This document shows positions 28,944 through 38,205 of a DNA stretch of 64,000 bases, one piece after another. Both the position numbers and the translations under genes were made by a program. This DNA is from a virus. The notes beneath the pieces are model-generated. The model was not told where the DNA came from and made no database searches. It saw only the letters and a list, made by a program, of their open reading frames with translations. The stretch covers positions 307-64,306 of IMG/VR virus record IMGVR_UViG_3300042890_003772; one strand, written 5' to 3'. Each line of letters begins with the position of its first letter. The stretch's first letter is position 1.

Positions 28944-29381
28944 ATGTCTGAAAAATTGGATGTATTTGAAGTATTAAATAATATTAATGCTAAGAACTAC
29001 AATTATTTAAGCTCACTAGATGATGAGCTTAAGAAGCAATTTACACCGTATGTTGTGCATAATTGGATCAGTAGTACTACTGATCCATTGCAAATGATAT
29101 TACTACAGCGATTTGTTAACTGTAGATACTTTGAGTTATCAAATCATCCTGAGTTAATTTATAAGTTATTTTGTGTATCAGCTACTAGTCGTAATATGCG
29201 ATATAACTGGATTTATAAGAAGTCTGCAAAGACTGATGCGGTTGATATTATTGCAAGGTATTTAAATTGTTCAAAAAAAGAAGCGCGATTGCACGAGCGG
29301 TTTTTTAATGTAGAAGATATTAATGAAATGATTAACGATCTAGGATATCAGCCAGCGGAAGTTAAGAAGTTAAAAATATAA
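28944..29381 (+). CDS. Hypothetical protein
   Basis: 145-aa ORF. Confidence 0.45.
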   Translation: MSEKLDVFEVLNNINAKNYNYLSSLDDELKKQFTPYVVHNWISSTTDPLQMILLQRFVNCRYFELSNHPELIYKLFCVSATSRNMRYNWIYKKSAKTDAVDIIARYLNCSKKEARLHERFFNVEDINEMINDLGYQPAEVKKLKI

Positions 29382-29384
29382 ATA
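29377..29384 (+). promoter_or_regulatory. Late promoter box TATAAATA
   Basis: Overlaps the stop of the upstream gene and lies 33 nt upstream of ATG 29417. Confidence 0.45.
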
Positions 29385-29416
29385 CCTTATTTCTAAAAGA
29401 TATAAGGTTTAATATA

Positions 29417-31195
29417 ATGTTACTTAATGAAATTGCTACTGATATTGCTCGGGATGAAGAGAACGATATTAATACGCACACATTTAATAGTGCTGCATCA
29501 GAAAAATTAGCATCAGGTACTAAGCAAATTAGAATTGATATGACTCCAGATGATGAGGATGAATTCGAGGCTCGTACCGAAATGGTAAAAAATAGTGTTT
29601 CAAATTTTAGTGGCTTACCAGCTCACGAACGTGCTACATTAGAGTTAAGTGCAAGACCACCAGAATATGTAACTGCGATATATGCATATACATTGAAAAA
29701 AAATCCAGGTACAGTTGATGATACTTTAAAGGTTATGCGTATCATGTCTGCAGTTAAGAACAGAAATTCTAAAGAAGTGATGCCTAAAGAAGAGGTTCAA
29801 GCTTATTTGGATGCAAGTGTAGAACGTATTTTAAAGCTTACAGGTAAGTATAGTCAAAGCATGAGTAAGTACGGTAAAAATAAGCGAGCAAATGACGAAG
29901 GTGATCGAATGCATCAAATTTACCGTCAATTTTTAGCTCCATACTTTACTGGTAAGTTTAATAAGAATAGTGTTATTGTACCGCTAGGTTCAACCTCTGG
30001 ATTAGTAGGTGAGTTTGCAGAGGCTTTGAGTAAAAAAATACACGTAGATCTTGATGTAGTATCAGGCGCATTTATTAAAAATCATTATCCTAAACTAGAT
30101 TGGTATAATAAGGGTACTAAGGATTCACTAGACCGTAAGGTATTGCGCACACCTAAGTCATACACAGATGAGTTAGAGCGCAACCCGTCAATGATCGCGG
30201 ATCCAACTGTGCAAGAATGGGTTAGAAAGCTATCAACAGCTAGATCACAGCTCGCTGCTGCTATAAAAGCAAAAGCGCCAGTAGGTGAGCAAAAACCATT
30301 AAAGGAACATGTAAATTTATGTCTTAAAAATTTAAGTCAATCATTAACGCATTACATCACGGCATCTCAAGCAGCGGTAAGTGCTACACTTAAGGAGATT
30401 GTTGCGTGCCGTAAAAGATATGCATCGCTTGAAGCGTGTGTTAAATCTACAGAATACAAAAAATTGCGCGCAAAATTTAAACAAGAAGTTGCTGTAATTA
30501 GAGCAATTACGTTACCTACATACGACGTAGGTCATTTTAATGATATTAAACAAGAGCTACATACCGTATCAACTTATATTGCTGCACAGGATAGTGTTGC
30601 TGATGATATCGATGAGATTGTACAGAATGTAAATGCAATGATAGCAGCCAGAGTAAATGATGCCCCATTACAGTTGCAGAATAGAATTGATAGTAATCGC
30701 GCTAAGTTTATTAGCAGTGTATCAAAATTAATTGATAAAGCTGTTAATGAACCATTTAAAGTTCATAATTATTATGCAAACCGAGATGTAAATAACGGTA
30801 AGGCGTTAAGTGCATATATGGTGTTACATGATAAGTTGTATGATAAACTTGACGGTAAAAATATTATCTTAGTTGATGATAATATCGGAACTGGTGCTAC
30901 TGTAATTGATGCTGTAAAATCAATTTATTATGCTGGAATATCTCCACGTAATATTATTGTTATGGCACCACATTATCTCGAAAGCGGTGATAAAGAAGAG
31001 GGTACCGATAGTAGGGCAATTGCAGCTGCAAAACGTGCGTATAATACCAGAGAAGCTGAAAATACAACAGTATTGCGTCAACCAGTAAGTTCAGCTGATG
31101 TTAAAAAGCATTTGAGCAACTTAGATCAGGTGAATAAGTTAAGAAACATTAACAAAGCTGGTGCAGAAAGACTCAAGAGTAAATTAGGTCAATAA
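29417..31195 (+). CDS. Phosphoribosyltransferase-domain protein with a long N-terminal helical region and a CTS-like N-terminus (MLLNEIATD)
   Basis: The C-proximal GKNIILVDDNIGTGATVIDAV is a type I PRTase or PRPP-binding motif. Confidence 0.5.
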   Translation: MLLNEIATDIARDEENDINTHTFNSAASEKLASGTKQIRIDMTPDDEDEFEARTEMVKNSVSNFSGLPAHERATLELSARPPEYVTAIYAYTLKKNPGTVDDTLKVMRIMSAVKNRNSKEVMPKEEVQAYLDASVERILKLTGKYSQSMSKYGKNKRANDEGDRMHQIYRQFLAPYFTGKFNKNSVIVPLGSTSGLVGEFAEALSKKIHVDLDVVSGAFIKNHYPKLDWYNKGTKDSLDRKVLRTPKSYTDELERNPSMIADPTVQEWVRKLSTARSQLAAAIKAKAPVGEQKPLKEHVNLCLKNLSQSLTHYITASQAAVSATLKEIVACRKRYASLEACVKSTEYKKLRAKFKQEVAVIRAITLPTYDVGHFNDIKQELHTVSTYIAAQDSVADDIDEIVQNVNAMIAARVNDAPLQLQNRIDSNRAKFISSVSKLIDKAVNEPFKVHNYYANRDVNNGKALSAYMVLHDKLYDKLDGKNIILVDDNIGTGATVIDAVKSIYYAGISPRNIIVMAPHYLESGDKEEGTDSRAIAAAKRAYNTREAENTTVLRQPVSSADVKKHLSNLDQVNKLRNINKAGAERLKSKLGQ

Positions 31196-31261
31196 TGCAC
31201 TGGATTTAAATCGTTAAATATGTGATAATATAATCTCAATATTAATTAAAGAGATTAAATA

Positions 31262-31444
31262 ATGCTAAAACTTTATTTTAAGGTACTTGGGGTTATAGTA
31301 CTCTTCGGTCTACAGATAGCAGTAGCGCTACCATATTACTTTTCATCATCAAATTGGTATGACTTCACTACTGGTTGGTTTATTGTGTTAGTAGCTGATC
31401 CGGTGATTGTCTGGTATTTGATAGCCAAAGCAAACTGGAAATAA
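31262..31444 (+). CDS. Small membrane protein (2 TM)
   Basis: 60 aa, hydrophobic. Confidence 0.4.
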   Translation: MLKLYFKVLGVIVLFGLQIAVALPYYFSSSNWYDFTTGWFIVLVADPVIVWYLIAKANWK

Positions 31445-31445
31445 T

Positions 31446-31577
31446 ATGGATTTAATTATAAGTCTATTAGTTGCAATAGAGGTCTCAACTCTTTTGTTTT
31501 TTATATTTGCATTAGTGCCATTATCGGTACTGTATGCATGCACATTGCTCATCGTCAAAATTCGAGATAAATTATGA
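31446..31577 (+). CDS. Small membrane peptide (43 aa)
   Basis: MDLIISLLVAIEVSTLLFFIFALVPLSVLYACTLLIVKIRDKL. Its stop overlaps the next start (ATGA). Confidence 0.3.
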   Translation: MDLIISLLVAIEVSTLLFFIFALVPLSVLYACTLLIVKIRDKL

Positions 31578-32434
31578 AAAAAATATTACTTACAGTAGCT
31601 GTTGCAATGGCTGTTGCAACACTATCTGGTTGTTCAAATGTAAATGTGGGTGAAGTGGGGATCAAGGTTCACCTACTAGGTGGTGATAAAGGTGTTGATT
31701 CTGAGCAACTGGGTCCAGGACGTTATTGGATTGGTATGAATGAACAGTTATATACATTTCCAACGTTTATGCAAAACTATACTTGGGCTAAATCACACAA
31801 TGAAGGTCGTGCGGAAGATGAATCTATTACGTTTCAAACTAAAGAAGGATTATCTGTAAACGCTGATATTGGGATTACATACACTCTTCAACCAGATAAG
31901 ATTCCATTATTATTTCAAAAGTACCGCAAAGGTATTACTGAAATCACCGATATTTACTTACGTAATCTAGTTCGTGATGCTATTAATACAGAATCGTCTA
32001 CTAAACCAATTGAATCAGTATACGGTGAAGGTAAAGCGGAATTAATCAAAGCTGCTGAAGTTAGAGTACGTACCGAGATTGAACAGTACGGTATTCACTT
32101 AGATCACTTATCATGGGTCGGTAATATCAGACTACCAGAAACTGTAACTAACGCAATTGATGCTAAGATTTCAGCATCGCAAGTTGCAATCACACGGCAA
32201 AACGAAATCGAAACCGCTAAAGCTGAAGCACAGAAAGCGATTGCAATTGCAGAAGGTGAAGCTAATGCAAGATTGTTAGTGGCTGAAGCGGAAGCAAAAG
32301 CCATTCGCTTAAAAGGTGAAGCGGTTAAGAATAACCCAGGTGTGGCGGAATTAAACGCTATTGAGAAATGGAACGGGGTATTACCTGTAACCATGTTGCC
32401 AAACAGTTCTGTACCGATGATTGGTATTAAATAG
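31574..32434 (+). CDS. SPFH/Band-7 (stomatin/HflKC-like) domain lipoprotein
   Basis: Lipobox LSGC at residues 17-20. SPFH-like core and a C-terminal Ala/Glu-rich coiled coil (AEAEAKAIRLKGEA). Confidence 0.55.
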   Translation: MKKILLTVAVAMAVATLSGCSNVNVGEVGIKVHLLGGDKGVDSEQLGPGRYWIGMNEQLYTFPTFMQNYTWAKSHNEGRAEDESITFQTKEGLSVNADIGITYTLQPDKIPLLFQKYRKGITEITDIYLRNLVRDAINTESSTKPIESVYGEGKAELIKAAEVRVRTEIEQYGIHLDHLSWVGNIRLPETVTNAIDAKISASQVAITRQNEIETAKAEAQKAIAIAEGEANARLLVAEAEAKAIRLKGEAVKNNPGVAELNAIEKWNGVLPVTMLPNSSVPMIGIK

Positions 32435-32512
32435 CTTGATATTTACATCTAGTTGTACTATAATACCAATTGTTGTAAGAGGTAATTATTTTCACTAACT
32501 AAATAAATCATA

Positions 32513-33181
32513 ATGTTCTATGAATGTCAATTTTGTAATAAGCTTTTTAAGAGAGAAGCAGCTTTCATTAAGCATTACTGTAATGAAAGACGTAAGCATG
32601 ATGAACTTACTAACATAAACGGTCAAATAGGTTTCTTCTTATACGAACGCTGGGTGTTGATAAGACACAGTAGAACAGTTGATATAGAAGACTTTAAAGC
32701 GTCTAGATTTTTTAATGCATTTGTAAAGTTTGCAAAATATTATAAGTCAATTAAAGGTTTAGCAGATATTGATCAATTTTTACGGTTAATGATATCAAAA
32801 AATATTCAACCAAGTAACTGGGTAACTGATAGAGTTATTAGTTATTATTTGGATGTAGTTGATACCGCTCCACCGATACATAAGATTAACGAAACGTGTA
32901 AATATATTATAAAGCTGTCTGAGGCGTATGATTGCTCAACCAGTGAGATATATAAACATATTGATTTTTATGTAATGATAGATTTTATAAAGATGCATAA
33001 GTTATCACCATGGATATTACTACATAGTAGAAAGTTTATTGTATGGGTTAGGCATTTAGATGATGAGCAGCAATTAATAATTGATGCAGTAGTAGATAGT
33101 AGTAAGTGGAAGCACACATTTAGTGCTGATAGGAAGCATACTATATTAGCAAAACGTTGTTGTGAAGAATTAGATATATAA
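32513..33181 (+). CDS. Hypothetical protein with an N-terminal zinc-finger-like CxxC...HxxC
   Basis: MFYECQFCNKLF...HYCNE. Confidence 0.4.
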   Translation: MFYECQFCNKLFKREAAFIKHYCNERRKHDELTNINGQIGFFLYERWVLIRHSRTVDIEDFKASRFFNAFVKFAKYYKSIKGLADIDQFLRLMISKNIQPSNWVTDRVISYYLDVVDTAPPIHKINETCKYIIKLSEAYDCSTSEIYKHIDFYVMIDFIKMHKLSPWILLHSRKFIVWVRHLDDEQQLIIDAVVDSSKWKHTFSADRKHTILAKRCCEELDI

Positions 33182-33210
33182 AATATTCTCGTGAATTTAG
33201 GAGTAGTAGA

Positions 33211-33474
33211 ATGAGTGCAGAATTAGATACATCTGTGATACCAGAAGGGTTTTATTGTTACCGAACAGGTACTGATGGTGAGCCAGTTGTTTGTCCGTAC
33301 TGGAGTTTAAGTAGTGAACACCCTGAGCAGAGTAATGGTTTTTGCGCATTTTTAAATATTGGTGACTGGATGGAAAACGGATCCTGGTTATTATGGGATC
33401 AAATAAAAGAATGCGATGTTAATAACAATATAGAGTATAATTTAACTGGCATAGATGAATTAGATGTACTATAA
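33211..33474 (+). CDS. Hypothetical protein
   Basis: 87-aa ORF. Confidence 0.4.
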   Translation: MSAELDTSVIPEGFYCYRTGTDGEPVVCPYWSLSSEHPEQSNGFCAFLNIGDWMENGSWLLWDQIKECDVNNNIEYNLTGIDELDVL

Positions 33475-33495
33475 TAATAATGTAGGAGACATTAA

Positions 33496-33831
33496 ATGAA
33501 AACAGCAAAAGAACGAAACGATAGTACCGTATATTCAATAAATAAAAAATTATCTTTTTTTGAACAACATTGCAATCAAGTTGATCACTTGTTAAATATG
33601 CGAGAAAATAACGGTGTATTTAATACAACATTAGTATATACTCACTCAAACGATTTTGTAAAACCGGATAGATATGATGTTATCTTTTTACCGTCTTCGC
33701 AGATTCAATCTAGTATTATTGATGATACAATTGTGTGGTTAATTGGATTAGGATACGAAGCAGTAAAGCAAACATTTACTAGTTCAAGCGGTAACGTATA
33801 TGTATCGGTATACGTTAACTGGGCCTTATAA
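33496..33831 (+). CDS. Hypothetical protein
   Basis: 111-aa ORF. Confidence 0.4.
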   Translation: MKTAKERNDSTVYSINKKLSFFEQHCNQVDHLLNMRENNGVFNTTLVYTHSNDFVKPDRYDVIFLPSSQIQSSIIDDTIVWLIGLGYEAVKQTFTSSSGNVYVSVYVNWAL

Positions 33832-33847
33832 TATTAGGAGTAAAAAA

Positions 33848-34036
33848 ATGCATAGTAGAATTACAGTAATTGAAAAGACAACCGAACATGATTTAAATAA
33901 AGAGCTTGTTGATTTTGCTCAGACCCATACTGTAATTGATACTTACTCATATAAATTTGACGAGACCAGGTTCTTCGTCGCAACACTAGCATCAAAACAA
34001 ATGTACCCGTCAACTGTAGACTTATTGGTGAATTAA
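33848..34036 (+). CDS. Hypothetical small protein
   Basis: AGGAG at 33836-33840 precedes ATG 33848. Confidence 0.35.
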   Translation: MHSRITVIEKTTEHDLNKELVDFAQTHTVIDTYSYKFDETRFFVATLASKQMYPSTVDLLVN

Positions 34037-34702
34037 TTGAAAATCGTAGTTTTAACCGGCGCAGGGATTAGCGCAGAATCAGGCATTAGCACATTCCGTG
34101 ATACCGAAGGATTGTGGGAGAGCAATAATATTGAAGAAGTCGCCTCACCTAATGGCTGGGCAGAAAATCCCGATTTAGTAAATAATTTTTATAATCAACG
34201 TAGAGCGCAGCTACAAACAGTTGAGCCAAATGCTGCACATATAGCATTAGTAGAGCTTGCAAAAAAACATGATGTGCATATTATTACTCAAAATGTTGAC
34301 GATCTACATGAACGAGCTGGATCTCAAAACATCCTGCATTTACATGGTGAGTTATTAAAAGTGCGTGATGAGGTTACAGGTGAAGTGTATTATCATCCTG
34401 GAGACTTAGATTATACAGAATTAAGTCCAAATGGAAACACATTACGTCCGCATATTGTTTGGTTTTATGAGATGGTACCATTAATTACTGATGCTCAACA
34501 ACTGGTAGCGCAAGCAGAACATTTAATTATCATAGGTACTAGTTTGCAGATATATCCAGCGGCAGGATTGATTGATTATGCACCAACTGGTTGCCCGGTT
34601 ACGGTAATTGATACAATTGACCCAGCAGCACAATATGAGTATACATTTATCAATGGTCCAGCTTCATCAAGAGTTCCAGCGTTTGTACAAACATTAATCT
34701 AA
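34037..34702 (+). CDS. cobB-like: Sir2-family NAD-dependent deacylase, CobB-like, lacking the zinc-binding cysteines
   Basis: VVLTGAGISAESGISTFRDTEGLWE, NVDDLHERAG, HLHGELLKVR and IGTSLQIYPAAG are near-collinear with E. coli CobB. CobB CxxC...CxxC positions are replaced by DE..G and NGN. TTG start with GGTGA upstream. Confidence 0.75.
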   Translation: MKIVVLTGAGISAESGISTFRDTEGLWESNNIEEVASPNGWAENPDLVNNFYNQRRAQLQTVEPNAAHIALVELAKKHDVHIITQNVDDLHERAGSQNILHLHGELLKVRDEVTGEVYYHPGDLDYTELSPNGNTLRPHIVWFYEMVPLITDAQQLVAQAEHLIIIGTSLQIYPAAGLIDYAPTGCPVTVIDTIDPAAQYEYTFINGPASSRVPAFVQTLI

Positions 34703-34711
34703 ATAATAATT

Positions 34712-34752
34712 AAAAAAACAGCGATAGTGCTTAGGTGCTATCGCTGTTTTTG
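34712..34752. terminator. Bidirectional rho-independent terminator
   Basis: acagcgatag...ctatcgctgt followed by a T-run. Confidence 0.7.
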
Positions 34753-35055
34753 TTTGTGCTTTTTTATTTTTCGCTCTAACGCATTAATTTGGTTAACGTA
34801 TACTTTATTAACTGCAACTAACTCCTCTAATCTATAAACATAATTAAGTTCAATACTATGAACTTTATTATCGTAATCAGCTACAACCTCAATATCATCC
34901 ATCCCTAATCTAACAACCTGCTTATGTAATTCCGCAAGCTGGTTATTCATCCAAAATATCGTGCAAAACCCCAAACGGATAATAATCACTTTATTTCTGC
35001 GAACAGATATTTTTTGTATATTAGGTGTGTTTAGCTCAAATTCTACTAAAAACAT
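34738..35055 (-). CDS. Hypothetical protein
   Basis: 105-aa ORF. Confidence 0.4.
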   Translation of the reverse strand: MFLVEFELNTPNIQKISVRRNKVIIIRLGFCTIFWMNNQLAELHKQVVRLGMDDIEVVADYDNKVHSIELNYVYRLEELVAVNKVYVNQINALERKIKKHKQKQR

Positions 35056-35106
35056 ATAAAATCACCACTAAATTTAATTATTTAAGTGAAACGAGTAACA
35101 GTCTAG

Positions 35107-35114
35107 TATAAATA
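35107..35114 (+). promoter_or_regulatory. Late promoter TATAAATA upstream of the scaffold gene
   Basis: Exact box 55 nt upstream of ATG 35169. Confidence 0.5.
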
Positions 35115-35168
35115 TAAGTTAATTGGGTGAATCCCAAAAACCAATTTTATACTAGGAGTATTTTTACA

Positions 35169-36086
35169 ATGAATGAGATTCTTGAAAAATTGCTTAACTC
35201 AGAAATTCTGAACGATGAAAGCAAAAAAGAATTAGAAGAAGCATTTAAAACTACTTTAGATGAAGCGGTCGCAGTTGCGGTTGCTGAAGCCAAAGAAGAA
35301 ACAAGTGCCCAAACTAAGATCGAATTACATGAACAATTTGCTCAACAAAAAGAATTGTTAATAGATGCTGTTGAATCTAAAGTTAATGACTTTTTGTTGC
35401 AAGAAATGGCTACATTGAAAGCTGATATCAAATCTTTCCGTGACCTTGAAGCAGAAAAAGCAATTGAAATTGCTAAAGAAAAAACCAAACTTGGCGAACG
35501 TCTTGCAAAAGACATGACTAAATTAGTTAACAAACTAGACACATTCTTAGAGATGAGAATTACTTCTGAGTTTGATGTATTAAAAGAAGACATTCTTGAA
35601 GCTAAAAAACTAGAATTTGGTAAAAAAATCTTTGAAGCATTTTTACCTGAATATAGAAAATATTTTGTTGATCCCAATGAAACGGAAGCTGCGCTTAACG
35701 AAGCCAAGATCAAAATTGACAAGCTTAGCTCTAAATACAAAAATGTTAAAAAAGAAAAAGAAGCGTTATATCGTAAAGTGAAGCTGGAAGGGGTGTTATC
35801 ACCATTAACTGGTAGACACCGTGATCTAATGGAATCGATTTTATCTAGCGTAGGGACAGAAAAACTTGAAGATGCATATAAATTATACATCAATAAAGTT
35901 CTTAAAGAATCTACTGATAAGCCGACTAAAGTGATTAAGGAATCGGCAGCGCCTGCACAAGAAGCACCGGTTACAGAAACCGTTGTAATTACAGGTGACG
36001 ATGAAACTCATGTTGTTACTGAAGCTGTTGTTGATGATTTAGCAGATACGAAGTCGTATTTTATGAAATTAGCCGGAATCGTTTGA
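35169..36086 (+). CDS. gp22: Prohead core scaffold protein, gp22-like
   Basis: Glu/Lys-rich coiled coil immediately upstream of the gp23-like gene, with N-terminus MNEILEKLLNSEILNDE. AGGAG lies 10 nt upstream. Confidence 0.65.
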   Translation: MNEILEKLLNSEILNDESKKELEEAFKTTLDEAVAVAVAEAKEETSAQTKIELHEQFAQQKELLIDAVESKVNDFLLQEMATLKADIKSFRDLEAEKAIEIAKEKTKLGERLAKDMTKLVNKLDTFLEMRITSEFDVLKEDILEAKKLEFGKKIFEAFLPEYRKYFVDPNETEAALNEAKIKIDKLSSKYKNVKKEKEALYRKVKLEGVLSPLTGRHRDLMESILSSVGTEKLEDAYKLYINKVLKESTDKPTKVIKESAAPAQEAPVTETVVITGDDETHVVTEAVVDDLADTKSYFMKLAGIV

Positions 36087-36093
36087 TTCGCAA

Positions 36094-36101
36094 CATAAAT
36101 A
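36094..36101 (+). promoter_or_regulatory. Late-promoter-like CATAAATA upstream of the major capsid gene
   Basis: Lies 37 nt upstream of ATG 36138. Confidence 0.4.
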
Positions 36102-36137
36102 CATTTAATTTAAAAATTTTATTGGAGTTGTTACATA

Positions 36138-37499
36138 ATGAAAGAGTTATTAGAAAATTGGAGTGAAGTTAAATCAGCACTTTTGACTGGTTTATCTGAA
36201 AATAAACGCAAAATGGTTGCACCATTATTAGAAAACCAAAGAAGCCAAATGATCATGGAATCAGCTTCAACAGGTTCTACAGATGGTTCAGCAATCGCTG
36301 GTTTCCGTAAAATTATGATCCCGATGATTCGTCGTGTGATTCCTAATGCTATCGCAACAGAAATCGTTGGTGTTCAACCAATGACTGGTCCTGTTGGCCA
36401 AGTATATTCAATGCGTTATTTGTACAAAGAAGCTGTTACTAACCCAACAATCAATTCATCTTACGATCCAACAGGCGCTAACGCATCTGCAAGTATCGTA
36501 GCGAATTCAGAAGCATTTGGTAACGTTAACGCTTTACGTCGTTTCTATTCTGGTCAAGTTAACACATCTACAGTTGTTGGTTCAACTGGTACTGACGTAT
36601 TAGCTGGTGCTGCAATTGGCGCAACTGGTGCAACTGGTCAAGGCTGGGGTTCAGCATTAGACGCAGCTTCTGGTCCTAACGCAGGTGGTCATGGTTCTTA
36701 CTTAGAGGGCAATGGCGGCCGTAAAATGGGCTTAGAAATCGTGTCTCAAGCTGTTGAAGCTAAATCACGTAAATTACAAGCTAGCTGGACCATTGAAGCA
36801 ATGCAAGATTTGCAAAACCAACATGGTTTAGATATTGAAAACGAAATGACACAAGCTATGTCTGCTGAAATCGTTCAAGAAATTGACAACGAAATCATCA
36901 CTGACTTGATCTCATTAGCTGGTACAACTGCAGCTTATGATGGTTCAGTTCCTGTTGCAGCTGGCTTCTACAAACCAACATTCGTTGGTGATCGTTTAGC
37001 TAACTTAGGTGTTCAAATTAACGTTGTAGCAAACGAGATTGCACGCAAAACTCGTCGCGCAGCTGGTAATTTCATCGTATGTAGCCCAATGATTGTTTCT
37101 ACATTACAAGCAGCATCTAAATCAGTATTTGCTCCTGCTGTAGAAGGTTCATTCGTAGGTCCAAACAACACTAAATTAGTTGGTACTTTAAATGGTAACA
37201 TTAAAGTTTACAGCTACTTGTGGAACCAATCACAAGCTACTGAAATTTCTGGTACAGGTAACGATGTTATCTTAATCGGTTATAAAGGTGGTAATGGTGA
37301 AACTGATTCAGGTTACTTCTACGCTCCTTATATTCCTTTGATGAGCAGCGGTATTGTTGTTAACCCAACAACTTTCCAACCTGTAATTAGCTTGATGACA
37401 CGTTATGGTAAAGCAACATTTACCGATACAACAACATCGTTGGGCAACACAGCTGACTACTATGGTAAAATTGTTGTTTCTAGCTTAAGCTTGTTATAA
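36138..37499 (+). CDS. gp23: Major capsid protein, T4 gp23 family
   Basis: IPMIRRVIPNAIATEIVGVQPMTGPVGQVYSMRY matches T4 gp23 MGMVRRAIPNLIAFDICGVQPMNSPTGQVFALR. Confidence 0.85.
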   Translation: MKELLENWSEVKSALLTGLSENKRKMVAPLLENQRSQMIMESASTGSTDGSAIAGFRKIMIPMIRRVIPNAIATEIVGVQPMTGPVGQVYSMRYLYKEAVTNPTINSSYDPTGANASASIVANSEAFGNVNALRRFYSGQVNTSTVVGSTGTDVLAGAAIGATGATGQGWGSALDAASGPNAGGHGSYLEGNGGRKMGLEIVSQAVEAKSRKLQASWTIEAMQDLQNQHGLDIENEMTQAMSAEIVQEIDNEIITDLISLAGTTAAYDGSVPVAAGFYKPTFVGDRLANLGVQINVVANEIARKTRRAAGNFIVCSPMIVSTLQAASKSVFAPAVEGSFVGPNNTKLVGTLNGNIKVYSYLWNQSQATEISGTGNDVILIGYKGGNGETDSGYFYAPYIPLMSSGIVVNPTTFQPVISLMTRYGKATFTDTTTSLGNTADYYGKIVVSSLSLL

Positions 37500-37526
37500 G
37501 CTAAACTGCTCCTAGTAGTTTAATTA

Positions 37527-37560
37527 AAGAACCTGCTGATAACCTCAGCAGGTTTTTTAT
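37527..37560 (+). terminator. Rho-independent terminator after the major capsid gene
   Basis: acctgctga-taacc-tcagcaggt followed by T6. Confidence 0.75.
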
Positions 37561-37682
37561 TGTTTATTATACCGTGCAAATTTAATGGAGATGCGGGGGT
37601 AAATTAAAAGTAATACAATCACATTGGTATACACTAGACGTAGGAGCTCCTAAATATCTACTATATGTCTGAGTGAATAATA

Positions 37683-38204
37683 ATGAACTTTACACAATTT
37701 TTAATCGAGTCCGAAATATCCGGACTAAAAGAACTTAAATTAAAGCGATATAAAGGTATTGTTGGGAAACCAATGATGGAATATGTCTACTTTCATCGAA
37801 ACTATATTAATAAATTTCCGCAATGGCAAGTTAATATTGTTGAGAAGATGAGCAAACTACCAGAAGACTTTAAATTTAATACTATCCGATATAATACTAA
37901 AACTAATGTAGTTACTTTTATTAACTCGCCAGATTTTGATACTGCTGATGAGCCAATAAGCGGTGATAATTATACTGTAGATAATGACGGTAATCTTAAG
38001 TTTTACAAACAACCAGCTAATCCAACAGTATGGCACAATAAATGGTTGTGGGTTATGGATGATTATCCAGGATTTGACGTCACGCAAGCAAAAGAACGTA
38101 GTGTGTTTTGGAATAAACACTTACCTAATGAACCAGGGATTAAAAAACGTATTGGTAGCTCTACGTTTTGGAATAGCTTAGATTTTAATAAGACAAGAGA
38201 TTAA
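37683..38204 (+). CDS. Hypothetical protein
   Basis: 173-aa ORF. Confidence 0.45.
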   Translation: MNFTQFLIESEISGLKELKLKRYKGIVGKPMMEYVYFHRNYINKFPQWQVNIVEKMSKLPEDFKFNTIRYNTKTNVVTFINSPDFDTADEPISGDNYTVDNDGNLKFYKQPANPTVWHNKWLWVMDDYPGFDVTQAKERSVFWNKHLPNEPGIKKRIGSSTFWNSLDFNKTRD

Positions 38205-38205
38205 T

